A stretch of DNA of 56,849 bases, from IMG/VR virus record IMGVR_UViG_3300019871_000001, positions 1 through 56,849 of that record; one strand, 5' to 3'. The position numbers and the translations under genes are program-made. The notes below the pieces were generated by a model. That model did not search any database and was not told the origin of the DNA. It worked only from the letters and a program-made list of their open reading frames with translations. Positions 25,878 to 34,881 of the stretch are shown here, in pieces; the stretch's first letter is position 1; each line of letters opens with the position of its first letter. Source of the stretch: a virus (taxonomy: Duplodnaviria; Caudoviricetes).

Positions 25878-25949
25878 TACCCTAGGCAGGATTCGAACCT
25901 GCGACCAAACGCTTAGGAGGCGCTAACTCTTCCGCTGAGCTACAAGGGT
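25878..25949 (-). tRNA. trnR: tRNA-Arg(CCT)
   Basis: Arm AGCGC-CTCCTAA-GCGTT; T-loop TTCGAAT. Confidence 0.9.
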
Positions 25950-26003
25950 ATGTATCGCTCCCACAGCATATGCCCACGAAGGGCGCAATGTACAGCGATA
26001 ACG

Positions 26004-26076
26004 TGCGGTATGAGGGACTCGAACCCTCACATTCAGTTTGGAAGACTGACATGCTAGCCATTAACATCAATACCAC
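26004..26076 (-). tRNA. trnG: tRNA-Gly(TCC)
   Basis: Arm TCAGT-CTTCCAA-ACTGA. Confidence 0.9.
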
Positions 26077-26119
26077 ATGTGCAGAGCCTCACCACCATAT
26101 AGGACCAGAGGATGCAACG

Positions 26120-26199
26120 TCTCAGCACTAGGAATTGAACCTAGTCGCCCAAAGGCTACGGTGTTACAGACCGCTGGGCAGCCATCGCCCACTACTGAG
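26120..26199 (-). tRNA. trnY: tRNA-Tyr(GTA)
   Basis: Arm GCGGT-CTGTAAC-ACCGT; long variable arm. Confidence 0.85.
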
Positions 26200-26209
26200 T
26201 TGTAAAACG

Positions 26210-26281
26210 TCTTCAAAGACGGGATCGAACCGCCGCATCTGGTACTTCACACCAGCGCTCTACCAACTGAGCTATTTGAAG
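26210..26281 (-). tRNA. trnF: tRNA-Phe(GAA)
   Basis: Acceptor CTTCAAA/TTTGAAG; arm CTGGT-GTGAAGT-ACCAG (unusual G32/G37/U38). Confidence 0.85.
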
Positions 26282-26337
26282 TTACGACAGTTTTGTTTTG
26301 GCGTGACACCCATTGAAGCGTTTCCTAGGACACTTTC

Positions 26338-26367
26338 AATCTAGCACACCGTTCAGGCGTCTGTCAA
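26338..26367 (-). promoter_or_regulatory. internal sigmaA-type promoter of tRNA array 2
   Basis: TTGACA-18nt-TAGATT. Confidence 0.65.
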
Positions 26368-26374
26368 CTGAGCG

Positions 26375-26459
26375 TACACAAGGTGGGACTCGAACCCACA
26401 CCCACTTCCGTGGACCGCATTTTGAGTGCGGCGCGTCTGCCAATTCCAGCCACTCGTGC
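26375..26459 (-). tRNA. trnL: tRNA-Leu(CAA)
   Basis: Arm CCGCA-CTCAAAA-TGCGG; long variable arm. Confidence 0.9.
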
Positions 26460-26507
26460 ATAACACCTTTAGCTGTGCACATTTGTGGTGACAGCGCTTC
26501 GGTGTAG

Positions 26508-26580
26508 TGAGCCCCGGGAGATTCGAACTCCCACTGTACAGGGTCTAAGCCTGTTTCCTCTGCCGTTGGGATAGAGGCCC
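26508..26580 (-). tRNA. trnL: tRNA-Leu(TAG), short variable arm
   Basis: Arm ACAGG-CTTAGAC-CCTGT; A73. Confidence 0.85.
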
Positions 26581-26622
26581 ATGTGCCGCGATATTGACGG
26601 TACCGTCGCGGCCAGCGGTAGT

Positions 26623-26699
26623 TTAGCAGTGAGGTACCCCGAGATACGTCCACCAACGACCGACTTGTTAAGGTCAGCCCCCGATGTCCTCACTACTAA
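26623..26699 (-). ncRNA. candidate structured leader RNA of tRNA array 2
   Basis: 12-bp stem TTAGTAGTGAGG/CCTCACTGCTAA with internal hairpins, starting just after the promoter. Confidence 0.45.
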
Positions 26700-26700
26700 G

Positions 26701-26729
26701 ACTCTACATGTTGTTCCTCAGGGTGTCAA
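26701..26729 (-). promoter_or_regulatory. sigmaA-type promoter heading tRNA array 2
   Basis: TTGACA-17nt-TAGAGT. Confidence 0.7.
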
Positions 26730-26739
26730 CCCCCAAGTT

Positions 26740-27099
26740 CTAGAACTCTTCGTTGTCCTTAGCGTCACGTGACGCCTTAGCACCGACCAACTTAGCCTCG
26801 TACAGGAAGTACCTCTTGCCTGCTGCCTTGCCCTTGAAATCGATCTTGACACGATCGCCTTCCTTGGCACCCTCTTCCTTCACCAACAACAGAAGAGCGT
26901 CACGCAGCAACTTACGGAAACCTGTGACAACGACAGTAGCACCATCAACGTCAAGTGTCAACTGTGGGTGAACCTTCTCGTCCTCATCCTTGTGACTGCC
27001 AATGTCGACAATGACACCTTCGACACTCTCAGGCTCGGTAGGGTTCCAGTAGTTCGGTCCATCGTTCTCAGGCGTCTCGAAATCGTCCCAATTACCCAT
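26740..27099 (-). CDS. putative ssDNA-binding (OB-fold) protein
   Basis: WNP...VEGVIVD, GDRVKIDFKG, acidic C-terminus ending EEF. Confidence 0.55.
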   Translation of the reverse strand: MGNWDDFETPENDGPNYWNPTEPESVEGVIVDIGSHKDEDEKVHPQLTLDVDGATVVVTGFRKLLRDALLLLVKEEGAKEGDRVKIDFKGKAAGKRYFLYEAKLVGAKASRDAKDNEEF

Positions 27100-27173
27100 G
27101 TTACATCCTTCACTTTCGCTTGACTTACTCACACATCGTACCATATAATGCTACATTTGTCAATTCCCCTGTA

Positions 27174-27980
27174 TCAAAACCACCTCCTAAACGTCAACCC
27201 ATCCTCGACCAATCCCTCTTCAATAACCCTCTTCTCACGTAGCTTCACATGCTGATACGTTCGAAGCATCGCTCTAAAATCAACCCACAGATCATTATCA
27301 AACCTGAGTTCGAACAGTTGCCATCCTTCTGGCCGCACCCAAAACACCCTGCTGCGTTCGAACGTCTCGTTAGCAGCAACATCGCCGTTGGGCAGGTACA
27401 TCTTCTCAGCCATAGCGTATGCCATGTTCTGTAGCCCTACGGAAGCGCGCGGCCCATTCTTGTTTGTCTTCGCATCGACCATGCACAACTCACCATCGAT
27501 CAACCACGCATTATCGTAAGTTCCCGCGTAGCCATACTTATCCGAGAAAACCATCGTCTCGTTATGCAACGGCTTAACGTCAAACTGTTCGTTCAGTTCT
27601 TCCCAAGCACGCGTCATCCACAACTTAGGGTGCTGACCTTCCCACCCCTCAACTTCTTCACCTACATTAGCATCAACATCATTGTTGAGAATGCCTTCAA
27701 GCACCGCATGTGCCTGTGTCCCAACTTCACGCGCTACCCTCCAATCATCCAAATAGACACTATCGTTCTTGACGCGCGCCATGTACTGCGCTTTCGTCAA
27801 CTCCGCCATGTCCTTACGATTGTCGGCAAGGTATGTGGCCTGCAACTTCAACTTAGCCTTGTTGATGCCTTCCTTATTCACTACATTCAGGATCGATGTA
27901 ACCCCTGCGTAGCGCTCTCCCTTGTCCTTGTCGATGTACCAACGATCGTAGTTATCGTCGTACTCCCTCTGCAATGTCAT
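27174..27980 (-). CDS. Cas4/RecB-like PD-(D/E)XK exonuclease
   Basis: GVTSIL, GTQAH, GYAGTYD...VDAKT, LQNMAY. Confidence 0.8.
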   Translation of the reverse strand: MTLQREYDDNYDRWYIDKDKGERYAGVTSILNVVNKEGINKAKLKLQATYLADNRKDMAELTKAQYMARVKNDSVYLDDWRVAREVGTQAHAVLEGILNNDVDANVGEEVEGWEGQHPKLWMTRAWEELNEQFDVKPLHNETMVFSDKYGYAGTYDNAWLIDGELCMVDAKTNKNGPRASVGLQNMAYAMAEKMYLPNGDVAANETFERSRVFWVRPEGWQLFELRFDNDLWVDFRAMLRTYQHVKLREKRVIEEGLVEDGLTFRRWF

Positions 27981-27981
27981 G

Positions 27982-28470
27982 CTACTCCTTGTACATATAT
28001 GACCACAGTGTGTAACATGCCACGTGCTCTTGTGTCACACGGTTCCCCTTGCTACTGTTGCATGAGGGGTGCGCCACGCTCACGTTGTGCGGTACATCAC
28101 CTGGGTTGCTTTCGATGCCGAACTCTGCTAAGATCGTAGAGTCAGCTTGGAGAGGAAGGATGTGATCGATGTGAAAGTCTTGAGGATCTACCTCACCACC
28201 GCACAGCACACAAATTCCACAGTCACGTGTGTAAATATCTTGTGCAGCGTACGCTACATGGGGTAGGTTGAGTTTGGCAGCGCGACGTTTTCGATTGCGA
28301 ATGCCATAACTTACTTTCCCGCGTGGTGTGCGGTGCCAAGACCTAAAATGTATGCGAGCGCAGGGCAAACATCGTGCCCCTCTCCCATCCTTACTACGCT
28401 TTTCCTTCTCGAACTGCGTTAGCGGTAACGTTTCGTGGCAAATACTGCATGACTTCTTCTCCAACATCAT
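27982..28470 (-). CDS. HNH endonuclease
   Basis: RDCGICVLCG...HIDHILPL...NVSVAHPSCNSSKGN; N-terminal CxxC. Confidence 0.85.
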   Translation of the reverse strand: MMLEKKSCSICHETLPLTQFEKEKRSKDGRGARCLPCARIHFRSWHRTPRGKVSYGIRNRKRRAAKLNLPHVAYAAQDIYTRDCGICVLCGGEVDPQDFHIDHILPLQADSTILAEFGIESNPGDVPHNVSVAHPSCNSSKGNRVTQEHVACYTLWSYMYKE

Positions 28471-28588
28471 AATACGACCCCCCATCATCACGCTTGGGGT
28501 TCCCGTACGCTGTACGTAAAGCATCTAACGTAACAATATTCTCTGTTGGTGTTGTCACCGCAATGAGTTCTTTCAAATACAATTTCAT
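28394..28588 (-). CDS. hypothetical protein
   Basis: GGAGGA RBS; overlaps the HNH 5' end. Confidence 0.5.
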   Translation of the reverse strand: MKLYLKELIAVTTPTENIVTLDALRTAYGNPKRDDGGSYYDVGEEVMQYLPRNVTANAVREGKA

Positions 28589-28610
28589 ATGTCCTCCTTC
28601 TTGTTGTTGT

Positions 28611-28771
28611 ATCATATCACGAAAGGATCATGATGTCAAATACGAAGGTTTGTTTGCTGTGTTTGAAGCGCAAGGATGTTAAACGTTTCCGTCTTGGGGA
28701 GAGTGTTTGTAAGGTATGTATGCGTGGCCTTGAGCGTAAGAATTGACATGTTGATCACGCTGTGTTATGAT
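28611..28771. promoter_or_regulatory. divergent sigmaA-type promoter pair
   Basis: Minus: TTGACA(28639-28634)-17nt-TATGAT; plus: TTGACA(28743)-17nt-TATGAT(28766). Confidence 0.8.
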
Positions 28772-28859
28772 GCCCAGGCAGATGTAGAGTAAACATACGT
28801 CCTCACGTCTTGACGACGTCGCAACGTATCCCATGGGATACAAGGAGGCATAACTTACA

Positions 28860-31220
28860 GTGACTGATCGTACACTTACAATCACAAAGATGCTTGAGCA
28901 GGGTTACGTCCTGTTCCCTTTGGCAAAGAACTCAAAGCGTCCCGTTGAAAATACCACGGGGCATTTGTCCTGGTCACAGCTTGATTCCAAGGACTACATG
29001 GCGGAGCTTTGCTCAACAGAATACAACGTTGGCATTGTTACGGGCGCTAAGTCTGACATCATCGTAATCGATATCGATCCTAATCATGGGGGGAGTAAGG
29101 AAAGTGTTGAAGCGATTGCACAAGAGGCTATCGAGACGCGGGAACATCGCACACGATCAGGTGGTACTCACCTCCTATTCAGGTACCCTGACGGTGTCGA
29201 TCACATCGGGAACAGTGTTGGAAAGCTTGCCCCTGGAATCGATGTGCGCGCTGATGGAGGATATATCGTCGCGCCAACATCCCGAATCGACGATTCAGAT
29301 TACGTTGTCAGCGTTGATCGAGCCATCGCCGAACTTCCTCCTCGACTACTAAGTCACCTACTCCCTATCGACCGTATCGTCCCTGAATCACACTACCAAT
29401 ACCCCGAAGACCAGTGGGACGATGTAGTGCGTTGGCACAAGCTGAACGTGCGTGAGGCATCGGAGGCTCAGGATGGGGAACGTGACGACACCGCCTATCG
29501 CCTCCTTGTACGTTCCTTCCAATTGGTGCATTGCGTTCCCGACTCTGTGTTGTCACAGGATGGGGTTGTTAGGGATTTCGTCGCCAAGTTGCCGTACACC
29601 CTTAAGGGTTTGGCGGGGAAGGTCGAGCGCGCATGGTTGTTTGCAGAGGTAACCCCACGCCCTCACCCTCAAGCATTGGTGACTCCACATACCGTATCAA
29701 AGAACATCGAAGGACCACCTGTGCTAACACTCGACACATACACCCCAAACGCCCTACTAAACCCTGCCCAATTCAACGACGCTGGCAACGCTGATCGTCT
29801 TGTAGAGTATTACAGTGATAGGTTGCGTTACGTTGAAGGATTGGGTTGGTTGATTTGGGATGGGAAGGTGTGGCGTCCAGAACAAGAGTCGAGTGCGTCA
29901 GTTGTTGAGATGATTAGTGTGGCGCACGCCTTCTTCTGGGAAGATTACAATGAGAAGGTGAAGAACGAAGAGACGGGGGCGAAGGCACTTTATGCTCACG
30001 CTCAGTATTCGTTGAGTTACAAGGGCATCATGAGCGCTATGCAACTCCTTAAGAATCGTCACACCGTACGCTTGAACGTTGATGATTTGGATGCACACAA
30101 TGAGTTGTTGTGCGTGAGGAATGGTGTGGTGAACTTGCGCACTGGGATGCTACAGCCACACAACCCAGCGTTGCACATGACACGCTTGGTCGATATTGAG
30201 TACGACATCATGGCTGAAGCTCCGCGTTGGAGCAAGTTCATTGATGAAGTAATGCCTGAGATGCCAGACATGCCATCGTTCTTGCAGCGCTTGGTGGGGT
30301 ATGGGATTACAGGTGAAGTGTCTGAGCACGCCATGGCAATTCACTACGGTAAGGGAAGTAACGGTAAGTCCATCTTCCTGGACACTCTACGCTCCCTCTT
30401 CAACAGCATCAGCACTGTGACAGATTGGTCGTCATTCGAGCGTAAGACTAATGGTGCTGGTGGAGCACGTCCCGACCTTGTACGCCTACGCGGTGCACGC
30501 TTGGTAACAGTGAATGAGGCTGACGCTAGGGCAAGCATTGATGAGGCACAGATTAAGAGGATGGCGTCGGGAGATGTGATCACTGCGCGTGCCCTACATC
30601 AGAACGACATTGAGTTCTACCCTAATTTCCTATTGCAAATGGCTACGAACGCTAAGCCTGACATTCGTGGTGCTGATGAAGGGATTTGGCGACGCGTAAA
30701 GCTCATCCCGTGGACACGATTCTTCGCTCCTGATGAACGTGATCACACATTGAGTGAGACGTTGAAGACTGAGGCACAAGGAATTTTGACGTGGGCTGTA
30801 CGTGGTAGTGTTGAATGGTATGCGTCAGGGTTGCAGGAGCCTGATAGGGTGCGCAACGCTACGCAGGAGTATCGTGAGTCTGCTGATGCGTTGGGTGGGT
30901 TTATTGATGCTGCTGAGCATGGTGGATGGTTGATTGCTGAGGAAAATAAGAAGGTTCCGAGTGCTTGGGCGTACGGTTTGTATAAGAAGTGGGCGTTGAC
31001 ACAGTCTTATGCAGAACGTGACATGTTGTCACAGAAGGCGTTCAAGGCGGCGTTGGAGGAGCGAGGGTTTAACACGAAGCGTACGAATAAGGGCGCTGTG
31101 TACCTTGGGTTGGCAGGAAACTTTGCGTTGCGTGCTGTTAGTGGGCATCAGGCGGAGGGTGGAGTCAGTCCGGACGCCTCCACAGGTACGGGCGAAGCCC
31201 TTGTAAAGGAAATGTTCTAA
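28860..31220 (+). CDS. bifunctional primase-polymerase fused to D5/P4-type SF3 helicase
   Basis: VIDID, TRSGGTHLLF, IDVRADGGYIVAP; GKGSNGKS; ATNAKP, GIWRRV. Confidence 0.93.
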   Translation: MTDRTLTITKMLEQGYVLFPLAKNSKRPVENTTGHLSWSQLDSKDYMAELCSTEYNVGIVTGAKSDIIVIDIDPNHGGSKESVEAIAQEAIETREHRTRSGGTHLLFRYPDGVDHIGNSVGKLAPGIDVRADGGYIVAPTSRIDDSDYVVSVDRAIAELPPRLLSHLLPIDRIVPESHYQYPEDQWDDVVRWHKLNVREASEAQDGERDDTAYRLLVRSFQLVHCVPDSVLSQDGVVRDFVAKLPYTLKGLAGKVERAWLFAEVTPRPHPQALVTPHTVSKNIEGPPVLTLDTYTPNALLNPAQFNDAGNADRLVEYYSDRLRYVEGLGWLIWDGKVWRPEQESSASVVEMISVAHAFFWEDYNEKVKNEETGAKALYAHAQYSLSYKGIMSAMQLLKNRHTVRLNVDDLDAHNELLCVRNGVVNLRTGMLQPHNPALHMTRLVDIEYDIMAEAPRWSKFIDEVMPEMPDMPSFLQRLVGYGITGEVSEHAMAIHYGKGSNGKSIFLDTLRSLFNSISTVTDWSSFERKTNGAGGARPDLVRLRGARLVTVNEADARASIDEAQIKRMASGDVITARALHQNDIEFYPNFLLQMATNAKPDIRGADEGIWRRVKLIPWTRFFAPDERDHTLSETLKTEAQGILTWAVRGSVEWYASGLQEPDRVRNATQEYRESADALGGFIDAAEHGGWLIAEENKKVPSAWAYGLYKKWALTQSYAERDMLSQKAFKAALEERGFNTKRTNKGAVYLGLAGNFALRAVSGHQAEGGVSPDASTGTGEALVKEMF

Positions 31221-31232
31221 CTAACTGAGAGT

Positions 31233-31269
31233 AGGGGAGTGTCACTCTATGTGATGCTCCCCTTTCTTG
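31233..31269 (+). terminator. intrinsic terminator after primase
   Basis: GGGGAGTGTCAC/GTGATGCTCCCC followed by TTTCTTG. Confidence 0.75.
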
Positions 31270-31276
31270 TGCCTTG

Positions 31277-31456
31277 ATTAGTGATGTAGTATAGTGGTGG
31301 TGTAGTTACACCGTAACCTACACTTTCCCAGCGTAAGACCCATTTAGTGATGGGTGACGGTAGTGTAGGTCGATTTTTTGTGTATATAGGAGCGCCAGGG
31401 TTTTTTCCTAAAGAATACTTTTCAAAACAGGTCGTTTCCCGTCACCCGTCACCTTT
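31277..31456. repeat. ~180-bp direct repeat copy 1, origin-like
   Basis: 96-bp core (31294-31389) identical to 52015-52110; GGGTGACGG/CCGTCACCC inverted repeat flanking an AT-rich tract. Confidence 0.9.
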
Positions 31457-31473
31457 TAGATTAGGAGTTAACT

Positions 31474-32046
31474 ATGAGTGAACTTGAGTACCTGTACGTA
31501 ATTGAATTTGAAAATGGAACAGTCAAGATTGGAAGGACAGAAGACAAGGCATCCAGGATTAGTGATCATCGAACCACAGGATCGTCGCTAGGTGTTCCTG
31601 TGGTTCGTACATGGATCAGTGATGCTCATGAGGCATCTACTGAAACAGAGCGAGCCCTATTGGAGCGTCTACCTTCTCCTGCGTACGGCAGGGAGTGGTT
31701 TAGGGACGTGTCTTTCAACGAAGTGGTAGCGTTTGCTGAGGATGTTGTTCAACTGACCACAGACACAGAGCTATACCACAAGAGGCTGGTTGAAGCTGTT
31801 CGCTTGATTGAAGGACATACCGGCCGAAAGATTAACCTACGTGTAGCACTACCCCTTGAGGTAACTCACTACTTCACATTAAACGATGCGTCATACATCA
31901 TGTCTTCAACGGCGTTTGATCATTACATTCAACGTGGTGGTCAGTTGACACGCAAGAATTTTCTTCTGGCGCTCGAACAGGCAGGGATTTTTAGGCGAAG
32001 GTTTAATGATGGTGCTCGCCTTTACGGGATTGCCCTTAAGCACTAA
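31474..32046 (+). CDS. GIY-YIG/T5orf172-domain protein
   Basis: YLYVIE...VKIGRT...RI...ETERALL...GREWF. Confidence 0.8.
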   Translation: MSELEYLYVIEFENGTVKIGRTEDKASRISDHRTTGSSLGVPVVRTWISDAHEASTETERALLERLPSPAYGREWFRDVSFNEVVAFAEDVVQLTTDTELYHKRLVEAVRLIEGHTGRKINLRVALPLEVTHYFTLNDASYIMSSTAFDHYIQRGGQLTRKNFLLALEQAGIFRRRFNDGARLYGIALKH

Positions 32047-32103
32047 ACATGCTATACTCTTGACATGTGACATTGCGCCTAAAGATGCGCACACAACGAA
32101 GAG

Positions 32104-34008
32104 ATGAGTAGCATGATTACACTTGCAGGAAAGGTTACCGAGCAGCGCGTAGAGGTACGTGTGATCGAGAACGATGAGGATTTAGATGAATGCATTGAGT
32201 GGATGAAGGAGCGTCAGGCATACGAACTATGCTTCGACACTGAAACCACAGGGCTCGACCAATTCGACCCGACGTTCCGTATCCGTAGTGTTCAGGTAGG
32301 CAATGCTACGCGAGCATACGTGTTGGTGATGAGGAGCGTCAGGGATCATCGTGCCGTGCGCATCTTACGCCTCCTACGTGATCTGGGATTCTCAGCACAC
32401 AACATGCCCTTCGATGCCGTAGCGTGCCACGTAACAGGGCTCTTCGAATTCAGTGAGTGGGAGGAGAAGTATCACGACACACGTATCCTCTCCCACTTGA
32501 TCGACCCACGTTCAAAGATGGATGGGGGCGTCGGGCACGCCTTGAAGGAACTTTCCACACGTCACATCGACCCTAATGCTGCTGATGGGCAGACAGCGTT
32601 GAAGGAAGAATTTAAGAAGATCGGGTGCACCATCGCTACAGGGTGGGCTAAGATCTCCACAGACAATCGCGTGTGGTTGTTTTACGCGGGGTTTGATACG
32701 ATTTTGGGCGCACGGTATCATGATCACGCGCGTGGTGTGGTGAATAGGGAGGGCTATGGGCGCTTGGCTAGGTTTGAGCATGAGGTGCAGCGTGTTACGA
32801 CACGCATGAAGATCCGTGGGTTTAGGGTTGATGTTGAGTTTACAAAGCTGTTGATGCAGCGTTTGCAGGTGCGCTTTGATGAGGGCACGTTGAAGGTTCA
32901 GGCGTTGGGGGTGGAGAACATGAACTCCCCGAAGCAAGTCGCTACGAATTTGTTGTCACGCGGGTGGCGACCACAGGAGACTACGAAGTCAGGGGCACCC
33001 AAGACTGACAAGGCAGTGATGGAGAAGTTGATTGAGGATGTTAACACTCCTGTTGATGTGAAGATTTTGCTTGAGGCTATCATTGATGCTAAGCGCGCCC
33101 GTAAATGGAGGGCCGCCTATGCAGAAGCGATGCTCAATGCGCGCGACTTCCGTGACCACGTCCACCCTGACATCAACTCACTACAGGCACGTACAGCACG
33201 CATGTCCATCTCCAACCCACCTCTCCAACAACTCCCCTCACGTGGGGATGACGCATGGATCATTCGCAGGCAAGTCATTGCAGATGAGGGCATGGTAATT
33301 GGAAGCGCCGACTACGACCAGGTTGAGTTTAGGGTGTTGGCAGGGCTTGCGGGCATTTCACAGATGAAATATGCTATTGCAAATGGGATTGACCTTCACG
33401 ATTACACTGCTCAACTTGTGTACGGCGAGGAGTTCACGAACGCGCAACGCAGCATGGGCAAGGGCATTGGGTTTGGGAAGGTGTTTGGTGGTGGGGCAGC
33501 TACGCTGAGCAGGCAGACGGGAGCACCCATTGACCAGGTTAAGGCGGCCATTAAGGCGTATGAAGAGGCATACTTCGAACTCCCAGCGTTCGCTAAATCC
33601 CTACAGCGTGAGCAAAGGCAGCGTGGTGGGTTCATCATCAATCACCATGGGCGTTACCTCCCACTTGATACGGGCAGGGAGTATGCAGCGGTGAACTACA
33701 GTGTACAGAGCATCGCACGTGACATTTTGGCACAAGCGTTGATTGATTTGAGCGCCGCCGGGTTGGACGATCACCTTTTGTTGCCCGTGCATGATGAGGT
33801 GTTGTGGCAAGCGAAGCGCGAGGATGCCGTTGAAGTGGCACATGAAGTCGGCAGGGTGATGAGTGGCACGTTCATTGACATCCCTATCTCAGCTACGGGT
33901 GAGGTGTACGGTAAGACGTGGGCTGAGGGGTACATCAAGAGGCGCAACGGGAAGGTCTATGCTAAGGGCACGGGTAATGAGATCATAGATTGGGTTGAGG
34001 CGGCATGA
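32104..34008 (+). CDS. family A DNA polymerase with 3'-5' exonuclease
   Basis: FDTETTG, HNMPFD, ARTARMS..PPLQQLP, ADYDQVEFRV, VHDEV. Confidence 0.95.
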   Translation: MSSMITLAGKVTEQRVEVRVIENDEDLDECIEWMKERQAYELCFDTETTGLDQFDPTFRIRSVQVGNATRAYVLVMRSVRDHRAVRILRLLRDLGFSAHNMPFDAVACHVTGLFEFSEWEEKYHDTRILSHLIDPRSKMDGGVGHALKELSTRHIDPNAADGQTALKEEFKKIGCTIATGWAKISTDNRVWLFYAGFDTILGARYHDHARGVVNREGYGRLARFEHEVQRVTTRMKIRGFRVDVEFTKLLMQRLQVRFDEGTLKVQALGVENMNSPKQVATNLLSRGWRPQETTKSGAPKTDKAVMEKLIEDVNTPVDVKILLEAIIDAKRARKWRAAYAEAMLNARDFRDHVHPDINSLQARTARMSISNPPLQQLPSRGDDAWIIRRQVIADEGMVIGSADYDQVEFRVLAGLAGISQMKYAIANGIDLHDYTAQLVYGEEFTNAQRSMGKGIGFGKVFGGGAATLSRQTGAPIDQVKAAIKAYEEAYFELPAFAKSLQREQRQRGGFIINHHGRYLPLDTGREYAAVNYSVQSIARDILAQALIDLSAAGLDDHLLLPVHDEVLWQAKREDAVEVAHEVGRVMSGTFIDIPISATGEVYGKTWAEGYIKRRNGKVYAKGTGNEIIDWVEAA

Positions 34009-34881
34009 TCATGAGTGAGGAGCACGATGTGGCACAGTTCATTATTACGCAGCGTGTTCCTGTCTCACTCACAGTGATGCCCCAGTGGATGTGGGATCAG
34101 CCCCTCTCTGACGACGATTTGATTTTCCTGTTGACACAGCACCTGTTGAGTAGTACGGTGGTGATGAAGAGGGCGCAAAGTGCAGTGGAGGAGCACAAGC
34201 GCACTAGATCCTATGTGAAGAAGGAGAGGTTAGGGTATGTTTGAGTACTACGAACTCATCGATGGCTTGGGTCAAGACTACTACCGTCTTGACAGTGATG
34301 GTAATATAGAACGGTGGGACAGTGAGAAGCACGCGTGGTTTGATAGCAAATTGCAGCAAGTTGATCTTGACGCCTTCTCCTCTTCCCCCTACACTCTAAG
34401 TTTCACAGAGGTTACAGAGGATGATGTTCGATGACTGAAGAAGAGTGCGGTACGTGCCCTGCCTGCGACATGTCTTTTGTCGGTCCCGATATCCCTCAGC
34501 AACACCTCCTTGATGGGTATTACGGAGAGTGGAATTCTGGTGACGCTCCGCAGTACTACTCGCTCATCGTTGGGGTTGAGGTTCCAGAGGTCTACGACGG
34601 GGTTAGTTATTGGATGTGCCCTTTTTGTGGCGCACGGTGGCATAGGTTCCCCGATGAGTATGCGTATCGTAGGCGTCGCCGCAGTGTTGAACAGTATTGG
34701 CGTGTCATTGATGCAGAGGATGATGTGCGGTGACACAGGAAGAGTTTGAGAAGCGCGTGGAAGTGTTGACATCGGAGTGCTTGGTGTTGTATGGTGATGG
34801 ACAGGACATGCGAGAGATGTTGTGGTACATGGCTGACGGGGTGGCTATGTTCATGATCGAAAAGTTGAAGGAGGATTTGCC

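Noticed and set aside
4557-26580. Suppressor tRNA or recoded genetic code
   Set aside because: No CUA/UUA/UCA anticodons; genes are intact under the standard code and use all three stops
4990-26699. Y RNA/Ro system or tRNA-associated HDV-like (theta) ribozymes
   Set aside because: No Ro/TROVE gene seen, and I could not build the nested double pseudoknot after any tRNA by eye
27174-27980. CRISPR-Cas association of the Cas4-like gene
   Set aside because: No repeat-spacer array or other cas genes; stand-alone Cas4-like exonucleases are common in actinophages
21727-28860. Integration/immunity cassette
   Set aside because: No tyrosine/serine integrase, repressor or parAB recognised
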